Translations under genes and position numbers: made by a program
The notes under the pieces: generated by a model
Told to the model about the DNA's origin: nothing
Databases searched by the model: none
The model's input: the letters and a program-made list of their open reading frames with translations, nothing else
Part shown: piece after piece, positions 1-12,100 of the stretch
Layout: each line of letters starts with the position of its first letter
How positions within the stretch are numbered: position 1 is the stretch's first letter
NCBI GenBank assembly: GCA_030141605.1
Contig: JAQGDQ010000121.1
Coordinates: 1 to 64,000 of the forward strand
Reading direction: 5' to 3'
DNA: 64,000 nt
DNA from: Tubiluchus corallicola
Taxonomy: Eukaryota > Animalia > Priapulida

Positions 1-558
1 GCAAAAACACAAGAATAACATGAAAAAAACTTGGGAAACAATAAACAGTATTATAAAAACTGATCCAAAAACACGACAAACACCAAGTAAGTTAACAATA
101 AATAATGTGGACTATACAGATACATATGATATTGCCAGTAAACTAAATGAGTTTTTTGTAAATATAGGCCCTGACATGGCTGCCAAAATACCTAAACCTA
201 ACGTTAATTTTACTGACTTTTTGAAAAACCCTAACCCAAATTCTTTTTTCATTAATCCTATTACTGAAAATGAAACATGTACACTTTTAAACACACTTAA
301 TTCAAACAAATCACCAGGACCACAAAATATACCAATATCTTTTTTTAAATCTGCAAGTCAAATTATTTCACCAATACTCACATTACTGTTTAATAAATCG
401 GTTAATGCTGGAACTTTTCCAAATATATTAAAAATAGCAAAAGTTATTCCTTTATATAAAACTGGCTCTCCACATGAACCTGGCAATTACAGACCAATAT
501 CTCTCTTATCACCAGTATCAAAAGTTTTTGAGAGGCTAATTTACAAGAGATTATACCA
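1..558 (+). mobile_element. LINE ORF2 fragment (linker plus start of reverse transcriptase), inverted relative to the adjacent 5' part of the element
   Basis: ORF 20-592 has KTWETINSII, LNEFFVNIG, KSPGP, KIAKVIPLYK and NYRPISLLSPVSKVFE (RT domain 0-2 motifs of CR1/L2/Jockey-group LINEs). The frame is broken at about 558 by the inversion junction. Confidence 0.9.
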
Positions 559-2070
559 GTTATTCTTGTGTTTTTGCAATGCTTCAGTGTAATATTGTTT
601 TTTTGATGATTCTTTGACATGATTTAATTTATTTGAGTAGGATTTGTAGTAGATTTGTTTGTATAAATTATTTGAGAGTTTGTGTGATTTGTAAAGACGT
701 GATCTGATTTTAATACTATTTAAAATTCCTTTAGTGATCCATGGTTTTTGAAATGTAATAGTGTCTTTCCTAGACAGAGTTTGCAAAGGAAAATGATTAT
801 TAAACACATTGAAGAGTATTTCATTAAATTTGCTAAATCCCTCATTAGTTTCCAAGTCATTAAAATTTATTTTGGCTAATTCTAGCTGCAGGTTATTTAA
901 AAAAATTTGTTCAGTTGAATTTTTAAAATTTCTTGTGGTGATTTTGTTGGATTTCATTTTCAGTTTAGTATGCTTTATAATTGCAAATATAGGAAGATGG
1001 TCGGCTACTTGATAAAGCAAAATTCCAGGTGTTACGTGGTTGGTGAGGTCATTTGTATAAATATGATCAATGAGTGTATTAGTGTGATGAGTTATTCTTG
1101 TTGGTTTAGTTATAATTGGCACAAAATTATTAGAGAATAACATGTTTGTATAATTTGTCACTGAAGTTTTGCTGTCACTATGTAGTAAATTAATATTTAT
1201 GTCACCGCATATATAGCAAAATTTGTTAGTTCTGTTAATTAAGGATAATTTGCTTTCTAGTTCTTCATGAAATTCTTCAAGGTTAGTATTTGGGTGCCTG
1301 TAGATGACTCCAAATAAAATGTTTTTGATGTTGGGTGGAGTATCTATTTCAATCCACATATTCTCCAGTTGCATACGGTTTGTGGAGCCATTTTTACAGT
1401 CTGAGTTGTGTATTTTGTATTTAGGCATTTCTGAAAAAATTACAGAGTTTTTGATATACAATCCCACACCACCTGCATTGGTTGTAGAATCGTCACGAAT
1501 AAATTGATACCCAGGTAAGGGTGTGAGAAAAATATGATCTTTTTTTAAACGGGTTTCACTTAATGCTATAATGTCAGGAGGGTTTTGAAAGTGTAAAAGA
1601 ACGTCTAACATACTAGTGTAATTTTTGTTTATACTACTGACATTAAAATGCACAAAAGTGAAATCCTTACTGGTATTTGCTAAGTCATCTTGACTAGATA
1701 GAGTTGACAGTTTATAATAATTACTTTCTTGATAAGGAAGAAAGTTATCAGGATCATTATTATTAGTGGAAAAGTTAGTAAAAGTAGAAAACTCACGCAA
1801 AGAAGGTAGACTGGTCAGAGTTGACATGGATACATCTAGTCTAAAAAATTCTTGTATATCCTCATTCTCTTGTTCCTGGAAGGGGAAAATATCATTTAAG
1901 CATTTAATACAAAAATAAATATCATTATTACTTCCTAGTATATTGAATTGGTTAATTGTCAGAGCAGTGCACCTTAAATGGGTCCACTGATAACAATTAT
2001 CACAGTTAATAGAATTTTCATTATATTTACAGGGTCTAGCACATTTATTGCAAGGGTGCCTAACTGGCAT
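541..2070 (-). CDS. LINE ORF2, truncated: PHD finger plus apurinic-like endonuclease (APE)
   Basis: CNKC...CDNCYQWTHLRC...CIKC (PHD); HFNV, IIALSETRL, GGVGLYI, GVIYRHP, ICGDININ, PTRIT, TLIDHIYTN, DHLPI (APE motifs). The genuine reading ends at ...QKHKNN (559). Confidence 0.9.
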   Translation of the reverse strand: MPVRHPCNKCARPCKYNENSINCDNCYQWTHLRCTALTINQFNILGSNNDIYFCIKCLNDIFPFQEQENEDIQEFFRLDVSMSTLTSLPSLREFSTFTNFSTNNNDPDNFLPYQESNYYKLSTLSSQDDLANTSKDFTFVHFNVSSINKNYTSMLDVLLHFQNPPDIIALSETRLKKDHIFLTPLPGYQFIRDDSTTNAGGVGLYIKNSVIFSEMPKYKIHNSDCKNGSTNRMQLENMWIEIDTPPNIKNILFGVIYRHPNTNLEEFHEELESKLSLINRTNKFCYICGDININLLHSDSKTSVTNYTNMLFSNNFVPIITKPTRITHHTNTLIDHIYTNDLTNHVTPGILLYQVADHLPIFAIIKHTKLKMKSNKITTRNFKNSTEQIFLNNLQLELAKINFNDLETNEGFSKFNEILFNVFNNHFPLQTLSRKDTITFQKPWITKGILNSIKIRSRLYKSHKLSNNLYKQIYYKSYSNKLNHVKESSKKQYYTEALQKHKNNWYNLL

Positions 2071-3166
2071 TGATAATATTTACATTTTTTACACTTTAAT
2101 TTGTTTTATTCACTACTTTGCGAAAATCTGTTTCTGTTTCTATGGCAAACACTTCACTTTCATCATTGTATTTTAACAAAATTCTACCATTTTTGGTCCA
2201 CAAATATTTAAAATGTCTTTCTTTTTTGAACTGCTTAACATCGTAAAACAGTTGTTTTCGTTTTTGAGTCAAGCTCTCATTAATGTAGATTCTTTGCCTT
2301 CCATAATGGTAACTCCCTGTAGGTAAATCGCTGGTATATGCGACTTCGCCTCTTTTCTTAAACATCTCGTCCCTCTTGGTTTTCCTAACAAACTTCACTA
2401 TGATTTTTGGTGTTTCTTTCCTTACATTTGCCGGTAATCTGTGCGACACACTGATGTCACTGTCATCTATTTGCACTCCCATCGAGTTTGCTAGATCTTT
2501 CACAATCTCATCCGTGTCTTCTCCCTTTGTCACAGGTATCCCAGTAATCTCCAAGCATTCTCTCCTGCTATATTGTTCTAATCTGTCAATGGTTGCATCT
2601 TTGTCTTTAACCGACTCTTGTAATGTAGCAACAGTTAACTCTAGGGATTTTACTTTAGTTGTAAGTGAGTTTACCTGTGTGACTACGCCTGAAATTTCCT
2701 TTTTCATGTCCTCAAAGCTGTTTGAAATAAACTGTTGCGATTGTTTAATTTCTTCTGTTTCTTCAGAAAATTTTCTGTCTAATGCACTAACCTGCTCTTG
2801 TAAACTTCGAATGGCATTCAAACACTGTAGGCTGACCGACTGATCACCTGCTGCCGTCGTGTTGTTTTGCATTGACTGGGTATTCGTTGGTAAATTTTGC
2901 GTAGTATCAGCTGTTTGTTCCGAAGCCGTTTGCTTTCCCGCCATATTTGAATTATTTGGCGCGTTACTAGTGGAAGCGTTTTGTTCACTCATCTCAGCAA
3001 CAGACTGCGTTCTTTTGGGATTTTTCGATCCTCGTGTCTCCATCATATCATAATCAAATGTAATAAGCTTAGTTAAACGTTTCAATTTTGCGTAAGCACT
3101 TTAAATTTAATGATTTTTGTCAGAGCTCAATGAAAGTCAAACTGCTGTTTTTGCGCCGCAGCGCAC
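559..3166 (-). mobile_element. CR1/L2-group non-LTR retrotransposon, 5' part (5'UTR, ORF1, N-terminal half of ORF2)
   Basis: Two tandem minus-strand ORFs 25 nt apart with typical LINE ORF1/ORF2 domains. The 5' end is estimated from a short GC-rich patch near 3150-3166 that borders AT-rich flank. Confidence 0.88.
2096..3046 (-). CDS. LINE ORF1 (coiled coil, RRM-like region and C-terminal domain)
   Basis: Heptad-rich region followed by EQYSRRECLEITGIP, DISVSHRL, KIIVKF, IYINESLT and KYLWTKNGRI, the ORF1 type found in CR1/L2-group elements. First ATG at 3046. Confidence 0.85.
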   Translation of the reverse strand: MMETRGSKNPKRTQSVAEMSEQNASTSNAPNNSNMAGKQTASEQTADTTQNLPTNTQSMQNNTTAAGDQSVSLQCLNAIRSLQEQVSALDRKFSEETEEIKQSQQFISNSFEDMKKEISGVVTQVNSLTTKVKSLELTVATLQESVKDKDATIDRLEQYSRRECLEITGIPVTKGEDTDEIVKDLANSMGVQIDDSDISVSHRLPANVRKETPKIIVKFVRKTKRDEMFKKRGEVAYTSDLPTGSYHYGRQRIYINESLTQKRKQLFYDVKQFKKERHFKYLWTKNGRILLKYNDESEVFAIETETDFRKVVNKTN

Positions 3167-3997
3167 ATTATTAAGTATGATTAATTAAAGTATAACACGG
3201 ATGTACATCATGAGTACATTATCATGTTATAAATAGCTAGTTACTATCATATATTATAGAGCCTAGCATAATATTCTATTTCTGTCTTAATAAAAGTTTA
3301 TTTGAAAATTCATAATAAATTCATCTTATTTATACATAATAAGCTACCATGAAAAAAACGTGTGATATCTTACTTGAAATAATAATGAATGATTAAATAA
3401 TGACAACTTTACTGCAAATAAATAGTTTTGCCATGTGATTAATAATGCATACATTATATAGATCAATAAAAACCAATAAAAATTATTTTTTTCAAAACTT
3501 AAAATGTAAAAAAAAAATTGATTTTGTGCTGACTATGACTATGATGCATCAGGATCATAGAAGAAAACATTTGTGTCATTAATGTCATCATTATTCAGTG
3601 ATTTTTAAGTCATGCACTTATTTGCTGTCAATCTGTCCGAAGTACTTGCAAGCTGTAACTTAAAGAATGGCTCAATGCAACAAACTTCAATGAAGTAAGG
3701 GTTTCAAATTACTTTCAAGTAAAGTATTACCAACCAATTAAACGTAATCACTATGGTTTGCTTTACGGCTAATTCACAGACAATCACTTGCTTAGCTATT
3801 AAATAATTATATATAACGGCATATACTACTAAGTAACTACAATTTTAAAGATGGAGTGGTAGTTGACTAAGAAATGTCAATTTTTAAATCTTTTTTTAAA
3901 TGAGGGTTTTTTAAATCTTCTACCTTTAAGTTAAGCCGTTTTTTCGAAATATTTGCCTGTGAGGCTTTACTGCATTTGGCTTATCCTAACTTTTCAG

Positions 3998-4219
3998 AAA
4001 CCGAGTAAAAAGATGACGACACAGCTGCCATCTGGACCAAATCCAGCCATTCGAAGGAGGCTTAGTGTGACTTCTGTTGCATATACACCACAAATAGCAT
4101 ATACTACTCAGGATACTGCTGCAAGACAACTACATAGGCCACAACCACCATTACGGACACCTATGCTTAAATCACATGTAAATGCAACTAATTTAAAGGA
4201 AAACCGGATGATTGTGTAA
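3998..4219 (+). CDS. Possible terminal exon or small 68-aa ORF (ATG 4013) of unknown function
   Basis: Branch point CTAAC (3986-3990) and TTTTCAG acceptor (to 3997), open frame to TAA at 4219, AATAAA at about 4232. No recognisable domain. Confidence 0.3.
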   Translation, partial: KPSKKMTTQLPSGPNPAIRRRLSVTSVAYTPQIAYTTQDTAARQLHRPQPPLRTPMLKSHVNATNLKENRMIV

Positions 4220-4329
4220 ACACAAGTTCAGAATAAAGAATTCTCTAAAATATTGCAAACTACAATAGCTTATTTTAAATCAGAGCTTAGATTAAATAAT
4301 AACTACCTCGGATACTCAAATTTTGTTAA

Positions 4330-4470
4330 ACTTTCAAAGCTACGCGCAGCTCAAGATTGGCAGCGGCGCCTTTTTTCATGTGCGCGTGGCTGACAAATAG
4401 AAGGCGGTACCGTGCTAACCATGATCGTGAACTGCTGTGTTAGTTTCATGACGTCATATGATGTAAAGCC
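4330..4470 (+). promoter_or_regulatory. Candidate promoter of the UBX gene
   Basis: Local CpG/GC-rich patch in AT-rich DNA, with a perfect CRE palindrome TGACGTCA at 4449-4456, about 0.75 kb upstream of the ATG-bearing exon. Confidence 0.35.
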
Positions 4471-5179
4471 CATTTTTCGTGACATCATGCATTTAAGCTT
4501 TAGTGTAACATCTATGCAAATGTGCTTGATGCGCAAGGGAAGACACCTGCCATTGCACAAACTGTGGTTAGTTTCTGACTTAAGCAATAGCTGTGTTCGG
4601 TTGCAGTTAATTAACTTTCTAAGTTAATTATTCAAATATAAGGAACAATTGTTAACTTTTATAGGCAAGAAAATGTATATTTTTGACAGTAAATTAAAAT
4701 GTAAATCTAACTAAATAAACATAAATTTAGATTGAGTCTAAACAATCGTTCGGTCTTCCTTTAAAAACTGTATGACAGTTTTGTTGCAAGTGTGCAAGAA
4801 TGTTGCAATGCCCTTTGGCAATTTCAGCCAATGAATGTTTGTATGTTATACATTAGCTCATCGTAGTTTTACGTGATAGAAATTACTTATATCATTTTGT
4901 GTCAGAAGTGCAATCAGATCTGTGATATTTTAATAAGCAGGCCTATGTTTGTGTACATATTATCAACTTACTATAAGTGATTGACAATATCTGCATTGAA
5001 TTAGACAAAATTGCCCCTTTAGTAAATGACAAGTTTGAATGATCGTCAATGAGACTATGAGTAAAATTTATAAACTGATTGATACAAGATCATTGAATTG
5101 AAAGTGAAGAGTATATATATTACATATATGCAGAACTGTATGGTCTTGTGAGATACCTTAACACCATAATGTTTTCCAG

Positions 5180-6394
5180 ATGACTAATAAACATAAAGAA
5201 AAACATACAAAATCGCAACCAGACGACAGAAAACCGCCATCTGGAATTAGGCTCCAAAAGCTGGACAGTTCACGACCTTCAACACCCTCTTTGTGTCATT
5301 ATACACCTTTACCTGATATACCTGCTCCTGGGAGGAGTACGAAAAATTCTACTCCTACTTCAAAAAAAGATAGTGAGGTGAAACTTTTGAAGACTGATGA
5401 AGCAAGTGTGACACCTGAAAACGTTGTAGCCATGTCCGATGTGAGCATTGAAAGACTGACCATAAGTACTAGAGAAGAAGGGAAACAAACTAAGGCAAAA
5501 GCATATGATAGCAATTCTAGTTCTCAGGCAACCATGGAAACAGGAAGTGGAAATGCTTTGAAAAATAATAAATACAGAAAAAATATAAAAACTTTGCATA
5601 AAACAAGTGATGCTTTGCGAATTAAACAAAAGACTATAGAACCCTACATCGTTGCAGATGATGGCAGCTGGAATTTAGATATAGATAACAGTTGTAATTT
5701 ATACAAAAAAGAGCAAATCAAAATAAAAACAGTGGAACCAGGCATTAACCTGAAGGGCGTGGATCACAGCAGTCAGACGAAAAATTTGGTAATAAATGAC
5801 TATGAACACTCATCTGTGGAGAAAACAAGTACATCTAGTCATTTTGTGATTGCAAAATGTGTGTCAAGTGAGACTAAAGACTCTGTGACAGCACAGACAG
5901 AAAGTAACCAGCACTCCAGCAAAGAACTACCATCAAGAAGTCCAATAGACAGTGGTAGGGATGATGTTAGTACATCAGTAGCCACCAATAACAATGTTGC
6001 ACCAACTCAGAAAACAGCTGATCAGTTAATGATGAAAAGAAATGACACAAAACGAACAGAAAGGAGCCAAGTTGCTGTAATTTCAACAGATGAAAAAACA
6101 TTGACTTCCAAGCCAAAGACAGATACAAAACTCCAAAGCAAAAAAATTAGTTTAGCTTTGAAACTGCCAAATGGCAAGCGGGTCTTGAAAGAATTCAAAA
6201 TATCTGAAACTTTACAGGTGGTGGTGAACCAAGCTCGGTCCCTTACACTATTTCCTGATGAGGTTAATGTCGCTGTATCTACGTCATCTGTTCCAAAGAT
6301 TGTCTTTAGTGATTTAAATGTAAAAATATCTGATTCTGGATTACGAGACAGAACACTACTTCATGTGCATGTAAAAAAAAGTGGAAGGCAATAA
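5180..6394 (+). CDS. UBXN10: UBX domain-containing protein, UBXN10-like (404 aa, single coding exon)
   Basis: Long S/T/K-rich disordered N-terminus with SLCHYTPLPDI (resembles the SLxxYxxLPxI motif of UBXN10) and a C-terminal ubiquitin-like UBX fold (ISLALKLPNGKRVLKEFKISETLQ...SVPKIVFSDL...SGLRDRTLLHV). Splice acceptor TTTTCCAG lies directly before the ATG. Confidence 0.7.
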   Translation: MTNKHKEKHTKSQPDDRKPPSGIRLQKLDSSRPSTPSLCHYTPLPDIPAPGRSTKNSTPTSKKDSEVKLLKTDEASVTPENVVAMSDVSIERLTISTREEGKQTKAKAYDSNSSSQATMETGSGNALKNNKYRKNIKTLHKTSDALRIKQKTIEPYIVADDGSWNLDIDNSCNLYKKEQIKIKTVEPGINLKGVDHSSQTKNLVINDYEHSSVEKTSTSSHFVIAKCVSSETKDSVTAQTESNQHSSKELPSRSPIDSGRDDVSTSVATNNNVAPTQKTADQLMMKRNDTKRTERSQVAVISTDEKTLTSKPKTDTKLQSKKISLALKLPNGKRVLKEFKISETLQVVVNQARSLTLFPDEVNVAVSTSSVPKIVFSDLNVKISDSGLRDRTLLHVHVKKSGRQ

Positions 6395-9111
6395 CAACTA
6401 GACAAATTATGTGGAACGGCCAGATTTTAGAAATGTTAGTATCATAGCTATGTTGATAATTATGTGTGATATTATGGGTTACTCAATTACATTTGAAGAC
6501 ATATTATGCATGTGGTAATTTGCTCTTCTGTATAATGCAAATTCTCAAGTTTCTATTATTCAGTCGTTTATGATATCTAAGAAAGTCTATGATCTGTTGC
6601 AAGGATTGGTTACCTCATGTACTTTATAGACAGTACAGCATTATTTTTGTTTTATGGAAGGTAATGCAAACACACATCAGCTACTTATTGTGCATTATTG
6701 TCACATTTTATTTAATCAACAAATCCTGTCAGCATTACAACCTTCAGTTAAGTTTGGAAAATTATTGAAAAAACTATAACTGTTGTTTTAATTCATATTA
6801 ACTATGTTTAGCTAGGGCACGAGAACTAATTAGTAAAAATATGTCCCAATGTTTTTAGCTTCATAAGGAAGTCTACTGGATACTAATAGCATGTCACGAT
6901 TAAAAGACATGAGCTTTACGTGCTGGTGTATGCTTATTAATTAAAAATGCCTTGCAGTCGTTACTTAAAAAAAATTAAAATTGGTCATTTAAGTAAGGCA
7001 CTTTTATTTTATATAATAATGTAATATAAGTGTATATAAAAGAGAATAACCTCCTATAATTTTATAATAACAACTGACAAGATATATGTGTGCTACCTGA
7101 TTCAGCACTAGGCCTGTGACTGTGCACAATGTTGAGAGTTTAGTCGTGCAATATACAGCAAGTGTACATTCATGAAAAAATACTGACAATTTGCACTTAG
7201 ATGTACGTATAGCAAGATCGTATGGATCAGTGTAACTATTAGTACTATGTAAGAACATTAATTATAACATTATGGAAGACTATAAATCAGTGACAATAAA
7301 ACACTTAATTGCACAGGTATTAGAAAAAACATCAAGTATCCTGTAGCGTAACTATAAATTTGGACTCCCCTGCAAAATAATCTATTGGGCCCTACCATTC
7401 AAAGGTAAATTTTTGCAGCCTGCGGATGCACTATAATTTTTAAAATCAACAATAAAACAATCACAACTTGCTTTAATTTTTATGATTTCATACTGGCAAG
7501 TATTTAGCAAAAAATTCTTCGTTATGACCAAGGGCCCAGTAATTCACGGCTCCCACCCTCCTCTTTTTCAACTGCGGGGCCTGTGTATGTATAGTTATGC
7601 TACAGCATGTGACATCAACTGTTAACAAATCTATTAGCTGTAAGAATTTCTGGCAAATTGAGTTGCACCTATTGATGAATGTGATTGCGTTAAGTTCAGA
7701 AATTTTAGAAACATAACATTTTACATTCAAAAAGTTTTATAACTATAAAATCTTGGCTAAAACCATAATTTTTCTCGTCACCCACCGCTAGTCTTGCAAC
7801 AATTCAATTACAATCAAACAAAACACCCAATACATGTAAAATAATTATAGCACCAAACAATAGCGTACTTATCTGAGTATTTTTATAAGACATACATATG
7901 CTAAAACATATATATATATACACTTAGAGCCACTCTATCACTAACAAAATTTTGAAAAGGTGTTACTTAAGAGCCACAATAACAAATTTTATTTAGTTAA
8001 AAAAGATATATTACGGACACGCATAACCATCAAAAAAAAGTTGGTAAACCTTTGTATAAAAATCATGTGTTGTTGCATTAAATGGGTTTATAACAATTAA
8101 CAGATTACTTATACAATCAGTGGACCTTCATACGAAATATTTCGTCAAACCAGGCAACACTATGTTGACTAATCAAAACTTATACAAAACAAGTAAATAA
8201 AAAGTAACCTCAATCTTTCTAGGCCATCAATATGCAGTTCCTGAAACATCTGATAGCAATACATAACAAGAGATGACATAAAGTACACCAGTGAACAATT
8301 AAATTGCACAAAGTCAAAAATCAAATGTATTTCTTATTCTACTTCATTTCAAATGTATCCAGATTTTAAATCACGTGTGAAGTGAACACTTTATTGACAT
8401 TCCCTTGAATGCTATAACTGTGCAGAGAATACTACATCCTGTAGCAAGGCAACACTTTTTCAGTACAGACGAAGAATGCAACAAGAGAGTTATTGCCATA
8501 TAATGGCATGGTATTATGCATGTCTACTGTACTTCATTTTTTTCAGTGACTAATATAGCATATAGGACATGTTATTACTAGACCCACAGCTTTAAGCCAC
8601 AGGGCATAAAATAAATAGGTAAGATATTCATAGTCTATTTTCGCAGTTTCTTTTTATACAAATTATGGGTGGTGATGCATAAAATTAAATGAAACAGTGT
8701 ACCAGAACTGCAGCATATTTTATACACGAGCTGACTTGAAAAGCTTATGTTAATGCACAGTTGATTGTTGGTGTACAACAGAAAACATTTATCTTAAATG
8801 AACACATTTATGACTATTCTAAAATTGAACACACACACACGCACACAGAAACAGCTTGTTCCAGAGGGGCTAGAAAAAACAATAGTATACACTGACTTTT
8901 CACAATAATCTTCAATTTCTAAAAAGATTATGGGTAGTGGAGCATAAAATTAAATGTGACATTGTATGAGAATATTATTACAGACACTCAGGCACTGCAC
9001 CTTAGAAGCAAGAACTTGGTACACAAATCACCTAGCATTAACAAATTGTAGCATGAAAAAGAAACGTGCCATAGAAATTAACACATAACCCAAGATGACC
9101 ACAAATTTTGA

Positions 9112-12100
9112 TCACGGATCGACGAATGACACCATGATATATCGGATTCCATCTTTAATTTTCAAACCTTCGTGATAGTGAGTCAGCTTGCCAGGGTGCA
9201 TGAGCGACCAGCCTTTACGCGTGTGCAGCAATGTGCAGTTATAGCGAATGAATCTCACCCCTCCACCCTATCAAAAATTATGCAAAATATTAATGTCACT
9301 GTTGGCTCAATAAATTCTTTCTCATGCCATGTAGATTAATTATGGCTCATGTAGAAGAAAAAATGAATCATTAAGATCAATGCACTACTTAAAGCATTAA
9401 CTACACTGCACATTTGCTGCTACTATCATAACTTTTATTGTCCCGACTGGCCACATGACATAATAGTGTCTCAGAAAAACCAGCTTTTAGTCAGACAGGT
9501 GCCATCAAAGCAAATAAGGGACATAGATAAGCCAAAAGATGCTGAAAACTTAAGGTTTCTAATTTTTAAGATACTTAAACCTGTCACTTACTGTGCTATT
9601 TAAACTGCATAATTATGGTAAACATGCCAAAATCAAATTTTAAAAAAAAATTAATATAGGTTTTACATGTCAAATGTAGACCTGTGTTAACTCAAATGTA
9701 GATTTAGGTAATTCAAATGTATTAAAAAATGTAATAACAATGTATTAACGTCCATACAAATAGTTGCAAATTAATTAAATATAATAAAAATTGATGCTGC
9801 CGATAGCACCATGATCATAAAATATAATTTTAATTTGGTTTTATCTTTTTGTAATTTGCCCTTAAATGAGTTAATTACCGATTTATTCAAAGTACCACAA
9901 CTACATTTGACTTACCTAAGTCACATTTGAGTTACCAAAACACATTCGAAATTCCTATGTCTACATTTGACTTACCTAAGTCACACTTGAACATTCCTGT
10001 GTCTGCATTTGACGTGTAAAACCTATACCGTGCATGAATTACTGACCACAATAAAGTAGAACTAAGCTCAATTACCCATGATTTCATTAATTTGTGACAG
10101 ATAGAATACAAAACACTTTGTCATAAATCATATTTCACTGCCTTTTGTTTGGTTTTTATATTCTGTTGTCTTGCAAAAAGCAAGCTTTAATCATGTTGCA
10201 AAAACTATTATTCACACCAACAAAACTATAAATACATATAAATATATACAGTGAATGGTCACTAATATCACAGTTTGCAATGTAGTGTGCAACTTCCATA
10301 ATTTCAGCTATTCACATGACAAGACTGAAGAAAAGGCCAAGCTTTCTGGGAAGCTAGATTTATTTTAATGTTTGTGAAAAATGTTAGAAGGATTTAGTAA
10401 TAAAAGTCTGGTAATTCTTCGTGTAATTAGTAAAATCACTAGGAAGTCGCGATCATTTCACTCTTCGGCACTCCCATTTCGAAAGCCAATTCTTCTACAA
10501 ATGTCATTCATTCATTGGCTGAAGCAAAGCAGCACACCATCAATTTCCATCAAAAATATAAGTCTCACCGAAAAGTTAGCTCGCTAATTTTGTGACATTT
10601 TTGCAAGGACATTAAGTTGCAGAAATTTCAGTTAGTTTAAGCAGCACATGCTTACAATAGGAAACGATTAGCCTACGACAAGTCACAAAATCCACTAGAT
10701 ATTTCATAATTTTACAGTGAATGGCGGCTATCACCGTGCCTAAAAATATCCATACAGTGGTAGTATATATTAAATTTAGGCTTTATAGACAGTTTTCCAC
10801 AAATTTCTTTGTTATATTTTTCTAAGTGTAAGTGATAACAACAAAATAGCTGCAGCATGCTAAGTGACTTGTCCTTTCCTTTAATCTATAAAAAGAGGGT
10901 GTCAATGACCCTCGATCAAAATTACCCATTACAGGGCTAGGGGCCCGTCAAATAATTAAAAACTGTGGTCTAACTGAAATATAAAACAACTTAAGAAAAA
11001 TTTGCAGTACCCTATCCTGACAATTTGCCTTTATCTTTCTCGCATCAGCGAAGAACAGCTCTTTATCCTTCTCATCCAAGCTTTAAAAATACACATGGTC
11101 TTTGTAACAACCCTGGTACAGTAATATAATTGCAAAAACAACTTACCGTATAATCTTTTAGATAATTATTGAGAGCCAAATTTAATGTGTACGTCGAAGA
11201 ATCATGATGAGGACGAAGAGAAGGCTGCTCATCTATCTTATATCTAACCACGAAGTTCATGATGGCTTGTGGAGGCTAAGTAACCAACAATATCACATTA
11301 AAATCAAATTTTCACCAGGAATTTAATGCACAAACAATTATATGCATAAACTTAGGCAAAACATTTACAACTTTGTGGTGTTCAAAAGAAAGCACAAATG
11401 TTCAACCAAATCAAAAAGAATGTTAAATGTAAAGCCAATTTCTCTAAAATGTTGATAATGAAATCAAGTACATTTAGAAGAAAATTTTTATGCATATGCT
11501 TCATCAAAAATTTTAAATTTAACTAAAAAGACACACTACTATACAATATGATATTTTCTTATATTAAAAACATGCTGTTCTGCATTGTGCAAGAAAAAAC
11601 TAACAACTAAGAATATTTATCCAACTTATTTCACGGAAGTGCAACACATGTATACATACGGGTATTAATACGCAATCCCTAAGCTTTGAGTCAAACATTC
11701 CAAAGCTTTGTCTTGCAAAGACATTGTTACATGTGAGATATTATCTTGATCAAAGCCTGCAATTGCATATTAATGGTTTCTAAAATGTTTAGCCATGCAG
11801 TGCTGGTATAAAAAGCAATTAATAAACATACTTACATTGCAGCGTTTCAGCAAACTGACGTAGGAAGTGAATTAACAAAATATAAGCAAATGTACTCACC
11901 AAAGCTGAAGCAAAAGCCATGGCAATTAGCTCAGCACTAGTAGCAAAATAAGCACATTATTTATTTTAAGTAATGAGTAAGCTTTAGTAACTGCGTCTTA
12001 GTGTATTACTTGCATGCCACTGTTAGCAGTAATTTGTATTTTTAAAAACCATGGACAGGCACTTTCAACATGGGAAAATTGGGCACGGCTGCATTGGTGA

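Noticed and set aside
8662-8972. ~45-bp imperfect direct repeat downstream of the PLOD stop (8662 and 8927)
   Set aside because: Degenerate local duplication with no evident structure or function.
11829-11940. Two donor-like sites and a 37-nt exon candidate in PLOD intron 18
   Set aside because: Frame-breaking, and no PLOD-like translation, so not a fifth variant.
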